From Octopus sinensis (taxonomy: Eukaryota), in the NCBI RefSeq assembly GCF_006345805.1, contig NC_043002.1:65782001-65846000 (forward strand): DNA of 64,000 nt, given 5' to 3'. The stretch's first letter is position 1, and every line of letters begins with the position of its first letter. The translations under genes and the position numbers were made by a program. Below, piece by piece: positions 25,620 to 39,934 of the stretch. The notes below the pieces were generated by a model. It was not told where the DNA came from. It searched no databases and saw only the letters and a program-made list of their open reading frames with translations.

Positions 25620-26010
25620 TAAGGCCGTGAGCTGGCAGAGTCGTTAGAAGTTGGGCGAAATACTTAGCGGTATTTCGTCTGAGTTCAAATTCCACCGAGG
25701 TCGACTTTGCCTTTCATCCTTTCGGGGTCGATTAAATAAGTACCAGTTACGCACTAGGGTCGATATAATCGACTTAATTCCTTTGTCTGTCCTTGTTTGT
25801 CCCCTCTGTGTTTAGCCCCTTGTAGGCAGTAAAGAAATAGGCATTTCGTCTGCCGCTACGTTCTGAGTTCTAATTCCACCGAGGTCGACTTTGTTTTTCA
25901 TCCTTTTCGGATCGATAAATTAAGTACCAGTAAAACGCTGGGGGTTGATGTAATCGACTAGTCCCCTCCCCGCAAATTTCAGGTCTTGTGCTTGTAGTAG
26001 AAAGGGTTAT
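25620..26010 (+). mobile_element. SINE family A dimer
   Basis: Same body and junction as the other dimers. Confidence 0.85.
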
Positions 26011-26334
26011 TTTCTTGGTTCACATCTTATAAAATTTATTGTAAAAAAAAGGGAAAGACAAAAAAAAATTAATAGAAATATTAACTACTAATATTTTTAT
26101 ATTTTTAATGAGTAGAAATACTAACTGCTAGTATTTAACCAAAAACAAAAAAAAAAGAGTAAAGAAAAATTTCAATTGCAAACAATGTATTTTAGAAAAT
26201 TGCATTTATTTAATTAATTTAGTTAACATTAAAATAAATCATATTTAAACTTTAGCTGTAAATTGGTTGGAACAACATAGACACATGTGAAACAAACATG
26301 GTTACGGCAGTGAAGTATTATCACTGGAGATTAG

Positions 26335-26950
26335 TAAGGTAGCGAGGTTTACACGCCGGGCGAAATGCTAGGCGATATTTCGTCTGTCTTTACGTTCTGG
26401 GTTCAAATTCCGCCAAGGTTAATTTTGTCTTATGTCGTTTCTGGGTCGATAAATTAAGCACCAGTTGCGTACTGGGGTCGATCTAATCGACTGGCCCCCT
26501 CATCTAAAATTTGGGGCCTTATGCCTAGAGTAGCAAAGAAAAAGAATCGTTAACACGCCCGATGAAGTGCTTAGAGATATTTCGTCTGTCTTTACGTTCT
26601 GAGTTCAAATTCCGCCGATGTCGGCTTTGCCTTTTATCGTTTCTCTGTCGATAAATTAAGTACCAATTGTGTACTGGGGGTCGATCTAATCGATGCCTCC
26701 CTCCCCCAAAATTTTGGGCCTTGTGCCTTGATTAGAAAAGAAAAAGAGTCGTTAACACGCCGGACAAAGTGTTTAGAGATATTTCGTCCGTCTTTATGTT
26801 CTGAGTTCAAATTCCGCCGATGTCGGCTTTACCTTTTATCGTTTCTGGGTCGATAAAATAAGTACCAGTTGAGTACTGCGATCGATGTATTCGTCTCACC
26901 CAACCCCTGACCCGAAATTGCTGGCCTTGTACCAAAATTTGAAACCATTA
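26335..26950 (+). mobile_element. Tandem trimer of SINE family A (tail-2 type)
   Basis: Three ~200-bp diverged units. Confidence 0.8.
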
Positions 26951-27459
26951 TTATTCTGTGATTAGGCTAAGTGAATTATTGAGACGGGATGTTGTCGACT
27001 GAAGAGCTTCCACTTTATAAATCTTATAACTGGTACTTATTTGATGGACGGTGAAGACACGTGGCTTAGCGGTTAGGGCAATCGGCTCGCGATCTGAGAT
27101 GGTGATTAGCGAAGTGGACCTCGGTGGGAGTTGAACCGACAGCACATGAACTGAATGCCAGCACATGAACCGACAGCACATGAACTTTGATCGCTTGCTC
27201 TCCCAGCCGCCGCGCCACCACCACCACCACCACAACCATCAATACCACGACCACCACCACCACCTGCTTGCCACAGTGTCCTTCGTTCGGCACTCATGTT
27301 GTAATAATTGCTAATTAATCACAGTTGCGTGGCTCTGAAGTGGAACAACCATAACGAAGACTAGTAGGGAGACATACATACACAGTCTTACATACACACA
27401 TACACACACACACACACTACACACACACTTAAGGGCACACGGGCACACACACATACGCT

Positions 27460-27499
<40 letters not shown>

Positions 27500-28725
27500 C
27501 ACACACGTACATGCACACGCACACATATAAGCAATCAAGCTCACGCTTTCATACATTTACATACATACACATACATTCACTTACAAACATACACACACAC
27601 ATATATATATACACACACTCAAAAACTCATGCACATTCATGCATACACACACACACACACACTCAGACGCGCACACAAATATTTACACTCACACATACAC
27701 ACACATATATACACATACAAGCACATGTACGATCATACATGCACACACACACACTCTCTCTCTCACACACACACACTCACTCACACACACGCACACACTC
27801 AGATGCGCACACATATACATCCATAGAAACATCCCCACATGACACACCCCTCCACATTCACACACAAACACACGCACACATACACATGCATACACACACA
27901 TGCATACACATGCATACACATGCATACACACACACAGAGGTTGCTCACACACATACACATGCATACACAAGTATACACACACAAACACACACACATATAT
28001 ACATACATGCATACATGCATACACACAAACGCACACGCACTCAGATTCGCAATCACACGCGCACACATTCACGTACATATTCAGAACACTCACAAACACA
28101 CACACACACACTCATATACACACATGCACACAAACACACACACACACACTCACCAACGTCCACATGCTTCTTTGCAAACATAAGCATGCACACGCGAGCA
28201 ATCGTGACGAGACGCCGTAAATCTTAATCTTGCGTCGGCTCTGGATTAGCAATGATGGCCGATACATATAGCTGGACATCATATTACTTGAAAGGAGGAA
28301 AAAGAAGCTTGGCCGACATTTTGTTTTTCCTCTTTTTATATTGTTCTGTATAATAAAACACTCCCATATTGACGAAACATGAGAGGGAATGAGAACGTGC
28401 ATATGCGAGTGTGGAGGGAGAAAGAGAGAAGGGTAGGTGTGAGTGTGGGGGTGTGAGGGGGTGTTTTGTATGTACGAAAGACAGAGAGAAAGAGGAGGTA
28501 AAGAGTGTGTGTGTATATGCGTATCAATGTGAATGCTAGTGTGCGTGTGAGAGAGTGTATGTGAGTGTGTAAGTGTGTGTGACACAGAGAGAGAGAGAGA
28601 GTGAGAAATGTGTGTGAGTATGTGTGAGTGTTTGTGAATGTGCGAGACTCTGTGCGTGTGTGTGTGTATGGGAGATTCTGATGTAAGTGGGAGCGTGAGA
28701 GAGAGAGTTAGTGTGTGTGTATATG

Positions 28726-28774
<49 letters not shown>

Positions 28775-29183
28775 CTGGGAGAATGTGTGTGCGTGAGAGT
28801 GTGCGTGTATATCTGCCAGAAAGAGAGTGTGTCAATGGGAGAGAGAGTGCATGTGTGTATATGCGTGTTTGCATGTGTGTGTGTGTCAGAGACAGAAAGA
28901 GAGAGAGAGACGGTGTGTGTGTGACGGTGTGTGACGGTAACGGGGAGCAAGCTAATTAGCCCATTAGCTCCGCCAAAATCGATTCGGGGAAACACGCGAT
29001 TGTTAAACTACTGGAAATCGGAGAAATAGCCACACGCTGGTTACCATACGATATGGATTTAAAAGAAAATCTCACCTACCTCTCCAAATCACATATGTAA
29101 CATAGATAGATGGATAGATAGACAGATAGACAGACAGACAAATAGATAGATAGCTAGATAAATAGATATATAATATATATATA

Positions 29184-29224
<41 letters not shown>

Positions 29225-29254
29225 TATATATATAATATATATATTATATATATA

Positions 29255-29288
<34 letters not shown>

Positions 29289-29432
29289 TATATATATATA
29301 CATATATACGTACATATATATATAGACACATACATATATACACACATATATATACACATATATGCATATATATATTTGTGTGTATATATAATATATATAT
29401 TATATATATATACTTTTATATATATATATATG

Positions 29433-29494
<62 letters not shown>

Positions 29495-29511
29495 AATATA
29501 TATATATATAT

Positions 29512-29542
<31 letters not shown>

Positions 29543-29574
29543 GTATATATATATATATACATATATATGTATAT

Positions 29575-29624
<50 letters not shown>

Positions 29625-29829
29625 ATATATATATACATAATATATATATATATATATATACATATGTATATATAAGTGTGTGTGTGTGTATTTATGTATA
29701 AATATATCGCGGGGGGCGTGTGAGCGCACATTATCGCATTACACAAACACGTATACTCAAACATACGTAAACACACACACACGTGCGCATATATATGTAG
29801 TGTGTGTGTGTATATATAATATATATATG

Positions 29830-29876
<47 letters not shown>

Positions 29877-30280
29877 CATGCACACACACATATGTATGCG
29901 CACATCTGTGTGTATTTGTGTGTCATAACCATAAATCATGGGATAAGATCACCTGGACACTATCACCAACGCCCTTGAGATAGATTTAATAAAACTAAAA
30001 TGCGTTTATATGTATGTATATATGTGTTTTGTGCGCGCGCACAAAGCTTGCGTCTGCTCATGAACCCTACGAAACTAACAACCGTCGATTAATTTACAAT
30101 ATGGATTGATTAATCTGATATAGCGAATCATCGTCTCGTATTTTCTAACTGTTCTTTCGGGCTGGAGTGCAAAGAGTGGAAAAGAAAGATTCATTTTACT
30201 GTGCTAACAGAAAAGAACTGGTTGTTTGATCATTCAAATTGACCGTACGGGCTTCTTCATCAGCGAGAAACAGCTGTTAT

Positions 30281-30384
<104 letters not shown>

Positions 30385-30506
30385 GGTGGTGGTAGTGGTG
30401 GTGGTGGTGGGGTGGTGGTGTTGGGTGTAGGTGTTATATAGTAGTGTTGAGCAGCTAGTAGTACTACTATTAGTAGTAGAAAGTAGTAGTAGTATTAGCA
30501 GCAGCG

Positions 30507-30539
<33 letters not shown>

Positions 30540-30690
30540 TAGTAATGGTGGTGGTCGTGGTGGTGGATGTAGATATTATATAGTTGTGCTGAGCATGTAG
30601 TAGTAGCAGTAGTAGTAGTGGTGGTGGTGGTGGTGGTGGATGTAGATGTAGTAGTAGTAGTGATATTGGTGGTGGTGGTGGTGGTGGTGA

Positions 30691-30745
<55 letters not shown>

Positions 30746-30809
30746 AATATTACATTTTCCAATGAAGTAGTGAAATGATGAAAATATTTTTTCTATACCA
30801 GTCATCCCA

Positions 30810-31322
30810 TGAGCAACTGGTACTGAATGTATCGATGCCGAAAGGATAAAAGGCAAAGTCGACCTTGGCGGAATTTGAACTCAGAACGTAAAGACAGACA
30901 AAATACCTATTTCTTTACTACCCACAAGGGGCTAAACATAGAGTGGACAAACAAGGACAGACAAACGGATTAAGTCGATTACATCGACCCCAGTGCGTAA
31001 CTGGTACTTAATTTATCGACCCCGAAAGGATGAAGGGCAAAGTCGACCTCGGCAGAATTTGAACTCAGAACGTAGCGGCAGACGAAATACCTATTTCTTT
31101 ATTACCCACAAGGGGATAAACATAGAGGAGACAAACATGGACAGACATAGGTATTAAGTCGATTATATCGACCCCAGTGCTTAACTGGTACTTAATTTAT
31201 CGACCCCGAAAGGATGAAAGGCAAAGTCGACCTCGGCGGAATTTGAACTCACAACGTAACGGCAGACTAAATACCGCTAAGCATTTCGCCCAGCGTGATA
31301 ACGTTTCTACCAGCTCACCGCT
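30810..31322 (-). mobile_element. SINE family A trimer
   Basis: Reverse complement of the family A body x3, head at ~31280-31322. Confidence 0.85.
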
Positions 31323-31380
31323 TGATTTTCTATGATATTTTAATACCTGTCCGTCGTACCGGGACGGTGAAATCCCAATG

Positions 31381-31612
31381 CGAATACGAGCGGCCGAAAT
31401 GGGGTTTTCAAGAAGGACCCCTGGTATAACGTTACTTGAAAGGATGCGTAGATCAAAGCTCACAGATCAGCGAGTCTCTCAAGGTCCAGCCGCTACTTCT
31501 CCGCATTGAGAGGTCACAGCTCCGTTAATCGGCAGAAGAGAATTAGGGTTCGCCCAAGAACGAGATGATTGGATAATATCCATTGTCTTAGTTAGTCACG
31601 CTTGGAAATCCA
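31381..31612 (+). pseudogene. Decayed RTE (Expander/Rex3-like) LINE RT C-terminal fragment
   Basis: RIRAAEMGFSRR..GITLLERMR / ESLKVQPLLLRIERSQLR / RPRTR*LDNI with frameshifts and stops. Confidence 0.75.
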
Positions 31613-31926
31613 TATGAACGTTTGGGGGGGGGGGTGCTTCTAGGAATAGTGACCGGAGAAAAAGGCCGGATGGCTGTTTTATCTGGAAGCCTTACTGGAG
31701 TTTTATACAGGTCCCATGGTATAAATTGTAGTTTAAAAAGCCTCGTGTTAACATTCTGATAGCTCAGCTAACCGGAAGTTGAAATATTCGCAACTCATCG
31801 TAATACATATTTATATGTGTGCGTGCACCAATGTATGTAATTGGGGTTGGGGGATAGATGTGTACCAATGTCCGTGTGTAAGAACGTGAATGAGTGTATA
31901 TGCATGTCTCTGTGTATGGGTCTGTA

Positions 31927-32001
<75 letters not shown>

Positions 32002-32050
32002 CATACATACATACATACATACATACATACATACATACATACATACATAC

Positions 32051-32109
<59 letters not shown>

Positions 32110-32110
<1 letters not shown>

Positions 32111-32360
32111 GTTTCTTTATTGGCCACACAGGGCTGCACACAGATGGGACAAGTTACAAGGTAGAGCTTTTCTTTTGGGGGATGAAAAAACAAAAAACAA
32201 AAGAAACAAAAAAATGGGGGTGGCGTAGGTTTTCGATCAAGAGGGATCGTAAAAGGGAAGAAAAGAACAAAAAAATAAATAAATAAAATAAAAAAGAAAA
32301 AAGAAAAAGAAAAAAAAGAAAAGGAAAAGGAACAAAAGAAAAGAGAAATGAAAAAAGAAG
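32110..32360 (-). mobile_element. LINE-like 3' end embedded in (GATA)n
   Basis: Minus strand ends CCTTGTAACTTGTCCCATCTGTGTGCAGCCCTGTGTGGCCAATAAAGAAAC-(TATC)n; (GATA)n on both sides. Confidence 0.6.
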
Positions 32361-32368
32361 ATAGATAA

Positions 32369-32466
<98 letters not shown>

Positions 32467-33239
32467 TAAGCTACACAAAATGGCAAGTTGTGATTCGGTG
32501 CAGACTTTTGTGGAGAAGCTATAACCAGATTAAATTGGTATCGATATTTTATCGACTGCAGAAAGTTAACGCATAACTTCAACGCCAGTGGGAATTAGAA
32601 CTCGAAAAGTACAGAACTTAATTAAATACTGCAATGCATTTGGTCCGCTTCTGAACCGATCCTACCACTGCGTCACCCCTGCGGAGGAATGTGGCACGAT
32701 ACACACACACACACACACATAGACTCTCATAAAAGAAAATATAATTATTATCTGAGGTTTACGACACAAGTCAAATAACAGCCAAAACTATTTATTGCTG
32801 AGAGAGCATTTATGTTACATAATAAACGCGTAAATAATTATTAATAAAATAAATTCTGTCAGTATTTTTTATATAAATAATATTGCAATATTTCATTCTA
32901 TCACAAAATGTTTCCGACCGTTTGCCATGTAATATTAAAGAAAATATTTCGTTTTTTGTGTTTGGCTTGCAATATTTTAATGTGAACTCGTGTGTTGAAA
33001 GATGTTTAGCTGTATCTTAGGGGCGTCACTATGCCATTAATAATCATTTCTACAACAAGCACAAGGCCTAACATTCGGCAGGTGGCGTGCTAGCTGGTCG
33101 ACACCGGTGTTCAACTGCTACTTGTTTCATCGACGGCAAAAGATGAACGGCTAAGTCGATCTCAGCGGAATTTGAACTCAGAGCGTAAAGCCGGATGATA
33201 TGCCGCTAACCATACATATGTGCATAGATGCATACATAT

Positions 33240-33392
33240 AATAATTCATATTCATACCAATAATAACTGGAGCACCAGGTTTTGTTAGTAAATGCTTAAA
33301 AGAGAATCTGGATAAACTGGGATTTTCAGAAAGAGAAATTGACTGACTGATTCGTACATTATATGTGCAATCTGTGTGTGGAGCAGTAAAAT
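33240..33392 (+). mobile_element. RLE-type LINE C-terminal fragment
   Basis: FIPIITGAPGFVSKCLKENLDKLGFSEREI, homologous to 38440-38600. Confidence 0.65.
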
Positions 33393-33415
33393 AGCTTCGA
33401 GCTGTATATATATAT

Positions 33416-33815
33416 ACTTTTACTTGTTTCAGTCATTTGACTGTGGCCATGCCGGAGCACCGCCTTTAGTCGAGCAAATCGACCCCAGGACTTATTCTTT
33501 GTATCCCGGTACTTATTCTATCGGTCTCTTTATGGGGACGTAACATCGGTTGTCAAGCGATTTTGGGGGAACAAACACAGACACAAACATTTACACACAC
33601 ATATATATATACATATATACGACGGGCTTCTTTCAGTTTCCGTCTACCCAGTCCACTCACAAGGCTTTGGTCGGCTCGAGGCTATAGTAGAAGACATTTA
33701 CCCAAGGTGCCATGTGGTTGATAAGCAACCCGGAACCATGTGGTTGATAAGCAACCCGGAACCATGTGGTTGATAAGCAAGCTACTTACAACACAACCAC
33801 TCCTACGCTTATATA

Positions 33816-33855
<40 letters not shown>

Positions 33856-34075
33856 TGTGTGCATGTGTGTGTACGTATGTGTGTATGTTTGTGTCTGTGT
33901 TTGTCTCCCCACCATCGCTTGACAACCGGTGCTGGTGTATTTAGGTCCCTGTAACATAGCGGTTTGACAAAAGACACCAATATAATAAGTACCAGGCTTA
34001 CAAAGAATAAATCCTAGGCTCGGCTAAAAGGCGGTGCTCCAACATGGCCGCAGTCAAATGACTGAAACAAGTAAA
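33416..34075. mobile_element. Adjacent inverted pair of SINE family B copies
   Basis: Minus copy 33416-33810 and plus 3' half 33810-34075. Confidence 0.85.
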
Positions 34076-34209
34076 CCAATACTTCTCCGACAAGATAGCC
34101 TAGTGGCAACTGGAGTGCATGTGACCGTGTGTTTTCTAGAGCAGTGTCGACATGCGATAAACAACAGCAATGATGATGGCTAATGTCTTTTTTCATTTGT
34201 GTTTTGCAG

Positions 34210-34358
34210 GACAGTACAATGTGCGAGTTGTCAGCACGGGTTACTCGAATGTCTCTCTGAAGTGGGACAACTTTAAGCCACACGGCTACTCCTACGAGTA
34301 TGTGATACTTTACCGGGAAACTTTCGTACCGGATATATGGCTCTGGCACAGCAATGCG
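34210..34358 (+). CDS. Internal exon: N-terminal half of a fibronectin type III domain
   Basis: Acceptor tttgtgttttgcag|, donor |gtaaga; phase 1 in, phase 0 out; QYNVRVVSTGYSNVSLKWDNF...YEYVILYRE (FN3 strands A-C, conserved W and Y). Confidence 0.85.
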
Positions 34359-35967
34359 GTAAGATGACCATACCTCCTTTCGTCTGTAGTAGTGGTGGTG
34401 GCGGTGTGGGGTGACGGGGCTGGTGGTGGCAGCGGTGACTATGGTGGTGGTGGTGGTGGTGGTGGAGGTGGAAGTTGTGGTGGTGGTGGAGGAGGAGGTT
34501 GTGTTGTTTGAGGGTGTGTTCCTGGTGGTGGTGGTAGTGGTGATGTTGTGATGGTGGTGATGAGGTTGTGGTGGTGGTGGAGTAGAAGGTTGTGTTGGTT
34601 GAGGGGTTGTTGCTGGTGGTGGTGAGGTTGTGATGGTGGTGATGGTGGTGGCGGCGGTGACGGCGGTGGCAGCGGTGGTGGTGGTGGTGGTGGAGGAAGA
34701 GGAGGAGAAGGTTGTGTTAGTTGAGGGGGTGTTACTGGTGGTGGCGAGGTTGTGATGGTAGTGGTGGTGGTGGTGACGGTGGCGATGGCTGCGACGGCGG
34801 CGACGGCGTCGGTGGCGGTGGTAGTGGTGGTGGTAGCGAGGCCTTTGTATGCAAAGAAACTATGTTGTCGCAAAACAACCCCAATAGTAAATAGAAATTA
34901 AAAAAAGAAAGAAAAAACGAAGGAGTGAGCTTACTATTGCGTGTTGACACATATTCAAATTCTTCTACGGAAATTTCAAGACACACATCGTTCTGACGCA
35001 TGAGGAATACTTCTTTCTGCTGCTTTCTTTCTACTATAGGCACAAGGCCAGAAATTTACAGGTGGCGGTGTCAGTTAGATCGGCCCCGGTGCTTGACTGA
35101 TATTTATTTTATCGAGCTGAAAGGATGAAAGGCAAAGCCGACCACGGCGGAATTTGAACTCAGAACGTAAACGTCGCTAAGCATTTTACCCAACGTGCTA
35201 ATGTTTCTGTTAGCTCACCGCCTTTCCTAGGGTGAATAATCATTTCTGCTATAAGCAAAAGACCTGAAATTTGTGGTTGGTAAGCAAGCTACTCATGTTG
35301 AAGAAAATTTTCAAAGTAGTTTTCAATCTGTACGATGAGGGTGAAAGCAAAATGTCAACGAATAGTTATTGAGTTCAGTTCTGCAATCTGTTCATAGAAT
35401 TCGCATTCTTTTCTCACTTGCTTTTTCTTTTCTTTTTTTTTTTTTTGTGCGATTCTGCGTTCATGTGTAAGTCATCTACAATAATTTCAACTGACCAGCC
35501 TCTTGTTACAAGATCCATAGTTTCTCCTCCACGCTCTACTTCTTCCTTCATCGCTCAACACACACACACTACCCACACCACTTATCACTAGTTTCCTCTT
35601 AATTCTCACCACATCGATCACTCAACTTCATATCTCTAATTGATTCGCTTCTTCATTAGCAACTCTGACACCAAATGACAGCACCTATGTAATTACTTAC
35701 ACTCCAACATTAGTTCTCTCTATTCCTCTCTCTCTCTCTCTTTCTCTCTGTCTCTCTTTCTCTCTCTCCCTTAGATTGTCTTTTATCGAAACGTTACAGG
35801 TCTTCTCTTGTTCCTCACAGCACAAAATACATACAACAGTTGCTTTATTTGTAGAACGTAATTAATTTCCTCGAGTTCCACTGTTGAATGTGTGTGTGTG
35901 TGTGTGCGTGCGTGCCATATATCCATCCATACATACATATACATACATACATATACATACATATAAT

Positions 35968-36007
<40 letters not shown>

Positions 36008-36386
36008 CATACATATACATACATATATATACATATACATACATATACATACATACAGATGTGTGTGAGTGTTTGTATATGTGTTCATATATATGTGTAT
36101 GTATGAATGTGTGTGTGTGCGCGCTCGATGGAAGTGTATTTATATATTCATCCATCCATCCATCTATACATACATACATACATACATACATACATACATA
36201 CATACAGATGTGTGTGAGTGTTTGTATATATATTCATATATATAAAATATATGTGTGTGTGTGTGTGTATATATGTGTGTGTACATTTATATACATGTAT
36301 GCACACACAAACACAAGCGCACACGAACATACATCAACAGTGCACACATACACAGGCATGCACTAACACACGCAGATATGTATATA

Positions 36387-36620
36387 CAGGATGCGGTGGT
36401 TAAATTGTTGCCATTTTATATTTTCAATTTCGCACATGCGCAATGTTTGTTTTTGATTTTGTCGACTACACAGTATAGTAGGGTAGTTGGGCACCGTATT
36501 TGAGAAAAACAAGACCATGATGCAATTCATTCTGCGAGAAATTTAGAAACAACATGCTGCACTGCTTGGCATTCACGCCGGAAGTTTCAATACGAACATT
36601 TCGGTGTTTGGGTGTCAATG
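36387..36620 (+). mobile_element. 5' fragment of the maT family seen at 19792
   Basis: TA|CAGGATGCGGTGG... colinear with 19792-20020. Confidence 0.8.
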
Positions 36621-37641
36621 TGTTGTAGGAAACTGGTCCTAATGTTTTAAGTTTCAAATTTAGTTAATAGAGTCTCTTCTACAAGAAAAATTATTTTATT
36701 TATTTTTTAAATATTGTTTAACTCTATTTGCTTATTTATTTAACTATTATTGTTAACCTGAAGATTGACTATAATTTTAAATTGAATTCATTTCAATTAA
36801 ATTTAAATGTAATTGTAATTCGAATTTAATTGTAGCCATGAAGCGTACGTAGTTTTTTTTTACTTATTATATATTGATTATTCATTTTTATACTTTCTGA
36901 GATCTAGTTATATGTTTTATAAAATATCTTTTATTTGTTATTTATGCTTTGGTTTATGTCTATCACGGTTTGAGTTGCATAATAGTGGTTTTATCTGTAA
37001 TTTATATATTATATATGTATGTGCGTGTGTGTGTATGTGTGTGTAATGAAAGTAAACAAATAAAGTTTGCTTTAGAAGCGTTGAGATGTATTGAAAGATA
37101 CAGAAATAATTTATTCTCAAATGCATGATATTGCTAATACAATAGCATGAACAGGATAAATTATCCATATTGTGCAGAAAAAAATTGTTACTGGACAGCC
37201 ATGAGACTCGAACTCATATCCCTGTAATTATATATATATATAGATGCGTATATGTGTGCATGTGTGTATGTATGTATGTATGTATGTATGTATGTATGTA
37301 TGTATGCATGTATGTATATGCGTGAGTACTACGCATGTGTGCGAGATTGAAAGGGAGAGCGGAAGAGGGAGACAGAGAAACAAAGATAAAAGTCAGAGGT
37401 AGATGTTGACTGTTTGGTTGATGAGTAAAAAGGAATGGCTAGCATAATTACCTTAGACAAGTATCTTCATTCATATGACACTGGTTTGTTTGGTCTTGAT
37501 ACAAAGTTATTTCTCGGTGACATAGGACTTGACAAAACACACATTCCTTTGGCAATTTATTCGATATTCACGAATGAAGTTTGTTCAGCTGCTTCTTGTT
37601 ATGCACAGCACACACTTAGCGCGCGTGTGTTTATGCATGTA

Positions 37642-37676
<35 letters not shown>

Positions 37677-38004
37677 ATGGTGTGTGCATGTGCGTGTGTT
37701 TGCATGTACATATACGGTATATACATATATATCTACATATATACATATACATATAATAACATGCATGCAAAAATAAAAATATACATACGTACGTGCGTGC
37801 GTGTTGTGTGCGTACATACATGCATATATACATACATACGGATGTACGAACGTACATAGATACATACATACGTATATACATACATACGTACGTACATATG
37901 TATGTCCATACATACGTACGTAAGTACGTACATACATACATACATACATACATACATACATACATACATACATACATACATACATACATACATACATACA
38001 CATA

Positions 38005-38332
38005 ACAATGGGTAAATCCTCCTTCGGTCATGAATGACCATGGGATTGCACCGATGTACAATTCCGGGCAAGTTTGTTTATGGAAGACCAGCAGTCGCTC
38101 ATGCATACCGGCCTCCCCTCTCCACGCCACCAGTGTTATCGATGGGAAAGGCAAAGGCCGATACATCTTGGCACCAGTAACGTCGCAATTCATTTCTACA
38201 GCTGTGTAAACTGGAGCAACTTGAAATAAAGAATCTTGATCAAGAACACAACATACAGCCCTGTCTGGGAATCGAACTCAGTACCTCGTGATTGTGAGCC
38301 CAGCGCTCTAGCCACTGAGCCATGTGCCTTCA
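38005..38332 (-). mobile_element. SINE family C variant
   Basis: Minus-strand head tggctcagtggctagagc...gagttcgattccc; CORE-like gttcttgatcaag..tttcaagttgctccagt. Confidence 0.75.
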
Positions 38333-38439
38333 TTACATAATACATACATACATACATACATACATACATACATACATACATACATACATACATGCATACA
38401 TACATACATACATACATACATACATGCATACATACATAC

Positions 38440-38710
38440 ATAATTGGAGCACTAGGTTTTGTTAGTAAATGCTTAAAGGGGAATCTGGATAAACTGGGAT
38501 TTGCAGGAAGAGAAATTGGCCGGCTAATTCGTAGATTACAAGCGCAATCTGTGAGTAGAACAGTAAAAATATGCAAAACATTTCTCAAGTTCCAAATGTC
38601 AATTTGTCTGTGTTAACTACCTCCCAACGATAGACCATTGCATCTTTGTTGGAAACCGGCTCCCTCCTCAGTGGAAGATTTATAATAATTGAAAAATAGA
38701 AGAGACATAC
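38440..38710 (+). mobile_element. RLE-type LINE 3' end flanked by CATA repeats
   Basis: IIGALGFVSKCLKGNLDKLGF...IRRLQAQSVSRTVKICKTFLKFQM, then a 3' UTR like 12590-12695. Confidence 0.7.
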
Positions 38711-38731
38711 AAACAAACTATCAATATTCTT

Positions 38732-39085
38732 TTATTACCTCCACCTCAGCGAAAGCGGAGGTATTGTTTTTCAGTCGCGTTTGTTTGTCCGTGGACAAGA
38801 TAACTCAAGAACCGCTAGATGGATTCGGATGAAACTTTCAGGGATGTTTGGCCTTGTGACTGGCACGAACATATTAGATAAGGTGCCAGATAAGGATTCT
38901 GGGTTATTTTTCCTGCTTTTTTACATAATTTTTGAGAGCGGTCGGGTACATTTTTAGTATCCTCGTTTGTGAGAGCAGTCGAGTCTATTTCAGATATTCT
39001 CATTTTAAAAATCCTCACCGGCTAATCGTTGAGAGGACTTTGTTGTTGCTTTGGCATAAGTTTGTGCTCTCTGAGTGCTCTTGTT
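38732..39085 (+). mobile_element. Helentron-associated non-autonomous element (HINE/DINE-1-like)
   Basis: TTATTACCTCC(A)CC..GCGGAGGT subterminal inverted repeat, short GTTT/GTCC run, 3' hairpin GTGCTCTCTGAGTGC, T-rich ends. Confidence 0.65.
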
Positions 39086-39094
39086 ATTATTGTT

Positions 39095-39247
39095 TTAGTA
39101 CATTATTTACATTATTTACATTTGACGGTTATTTGTCCTCATCTTGTTTGTTGTTAATACAACGTTTCGGCTGATATACCCACCAGCCTTCATCAGGTGT
39201 TTTGTGGAAATTTCGAACTTGATTCTCATTCGTAAGGTATTTTTCGA
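39095..39247 (-). mobile_element. Hammerhead-containing PLE-like element (same family as 4700-4870)
   Basis: Reverse complement matches 4700-4845; abuts (TTA/TTG)n. Confidence 0.7.
39156..39201 (-). ncRNA. Minimal hammerhead ribozyme motif, intact core
   Basis: aacac-CTGATGA-a-ggctg-gtgggtatat-cagcc-GAAACGT-t-gtatt. Confidence 0.7.
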
Positions 39248-39278
39248 TGTTATCATTATTATTATTATTATTATTATT

Positions 39279-39326
<48 letters not shown>

Positions 39327-39380
39327 ATTGTTGTTATTATTATTATTATTATCATTATTATTATTATTATTATTATTATT

Positions 39381-39934
39381 GAGTGAGAGAGCAGTGCATG
39401 CCATCAAAGTGACACTGGGGTAAAATATACGAAGCCCAGTATACCTATCATGGCTACCCGTCTGATAAGGGTACACCAGGCACATGCATCACAACCATAT
39501 GTGCGCGACATGGTGATCTCATATCAAGATAAATAGCGCATGGCCTTGCAGGTGGGGCCCAGTTACAATTGTCTTCTGGTCGAGTAGCCCATCCCGCTCA
39601 AAAGGTCCCTGAATAAGGATTGTTTAAGGATGTTGAACGAAACACCCATGTTTCCAAAGGTGAATTATCCAAACCTCTAAGAATTCCTTTCAACACACGG
39701 CTATAATGCTCTCCCACTACTTCTGCTCGTGATTAGAGATGCACATATCGTCAGCCACAAAGGGAAATGGTCAACTGGTTAAGCTCAAACAACTAACAAG
39801 CAAATCAGTGGTATTGAGTAGACTATTTGCTGTAGCCCATCTTTTATACCAAGACAAAACAATGTACATGATAACACTTCCAATCAGTTTAGCTCAGAAG
39901 GAATGAGAGCCACTGTCTAGTACTGCATCAGGCC

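Noticed and set aside
30245-30280. Hammerhead from minus-strand CTGATGAAG next to plus-strand GAAACAGCTGT
   Set aside because: The two half-cores are on opposite strands, and no downstream GAAAC or stem II was found on the minus strand
34170-34209. ATG start of the ORF 34170-34367
   Set aside because: This part is the polypyrimidine tract and acceptor, so the coding region is an internal exon starting at 34210
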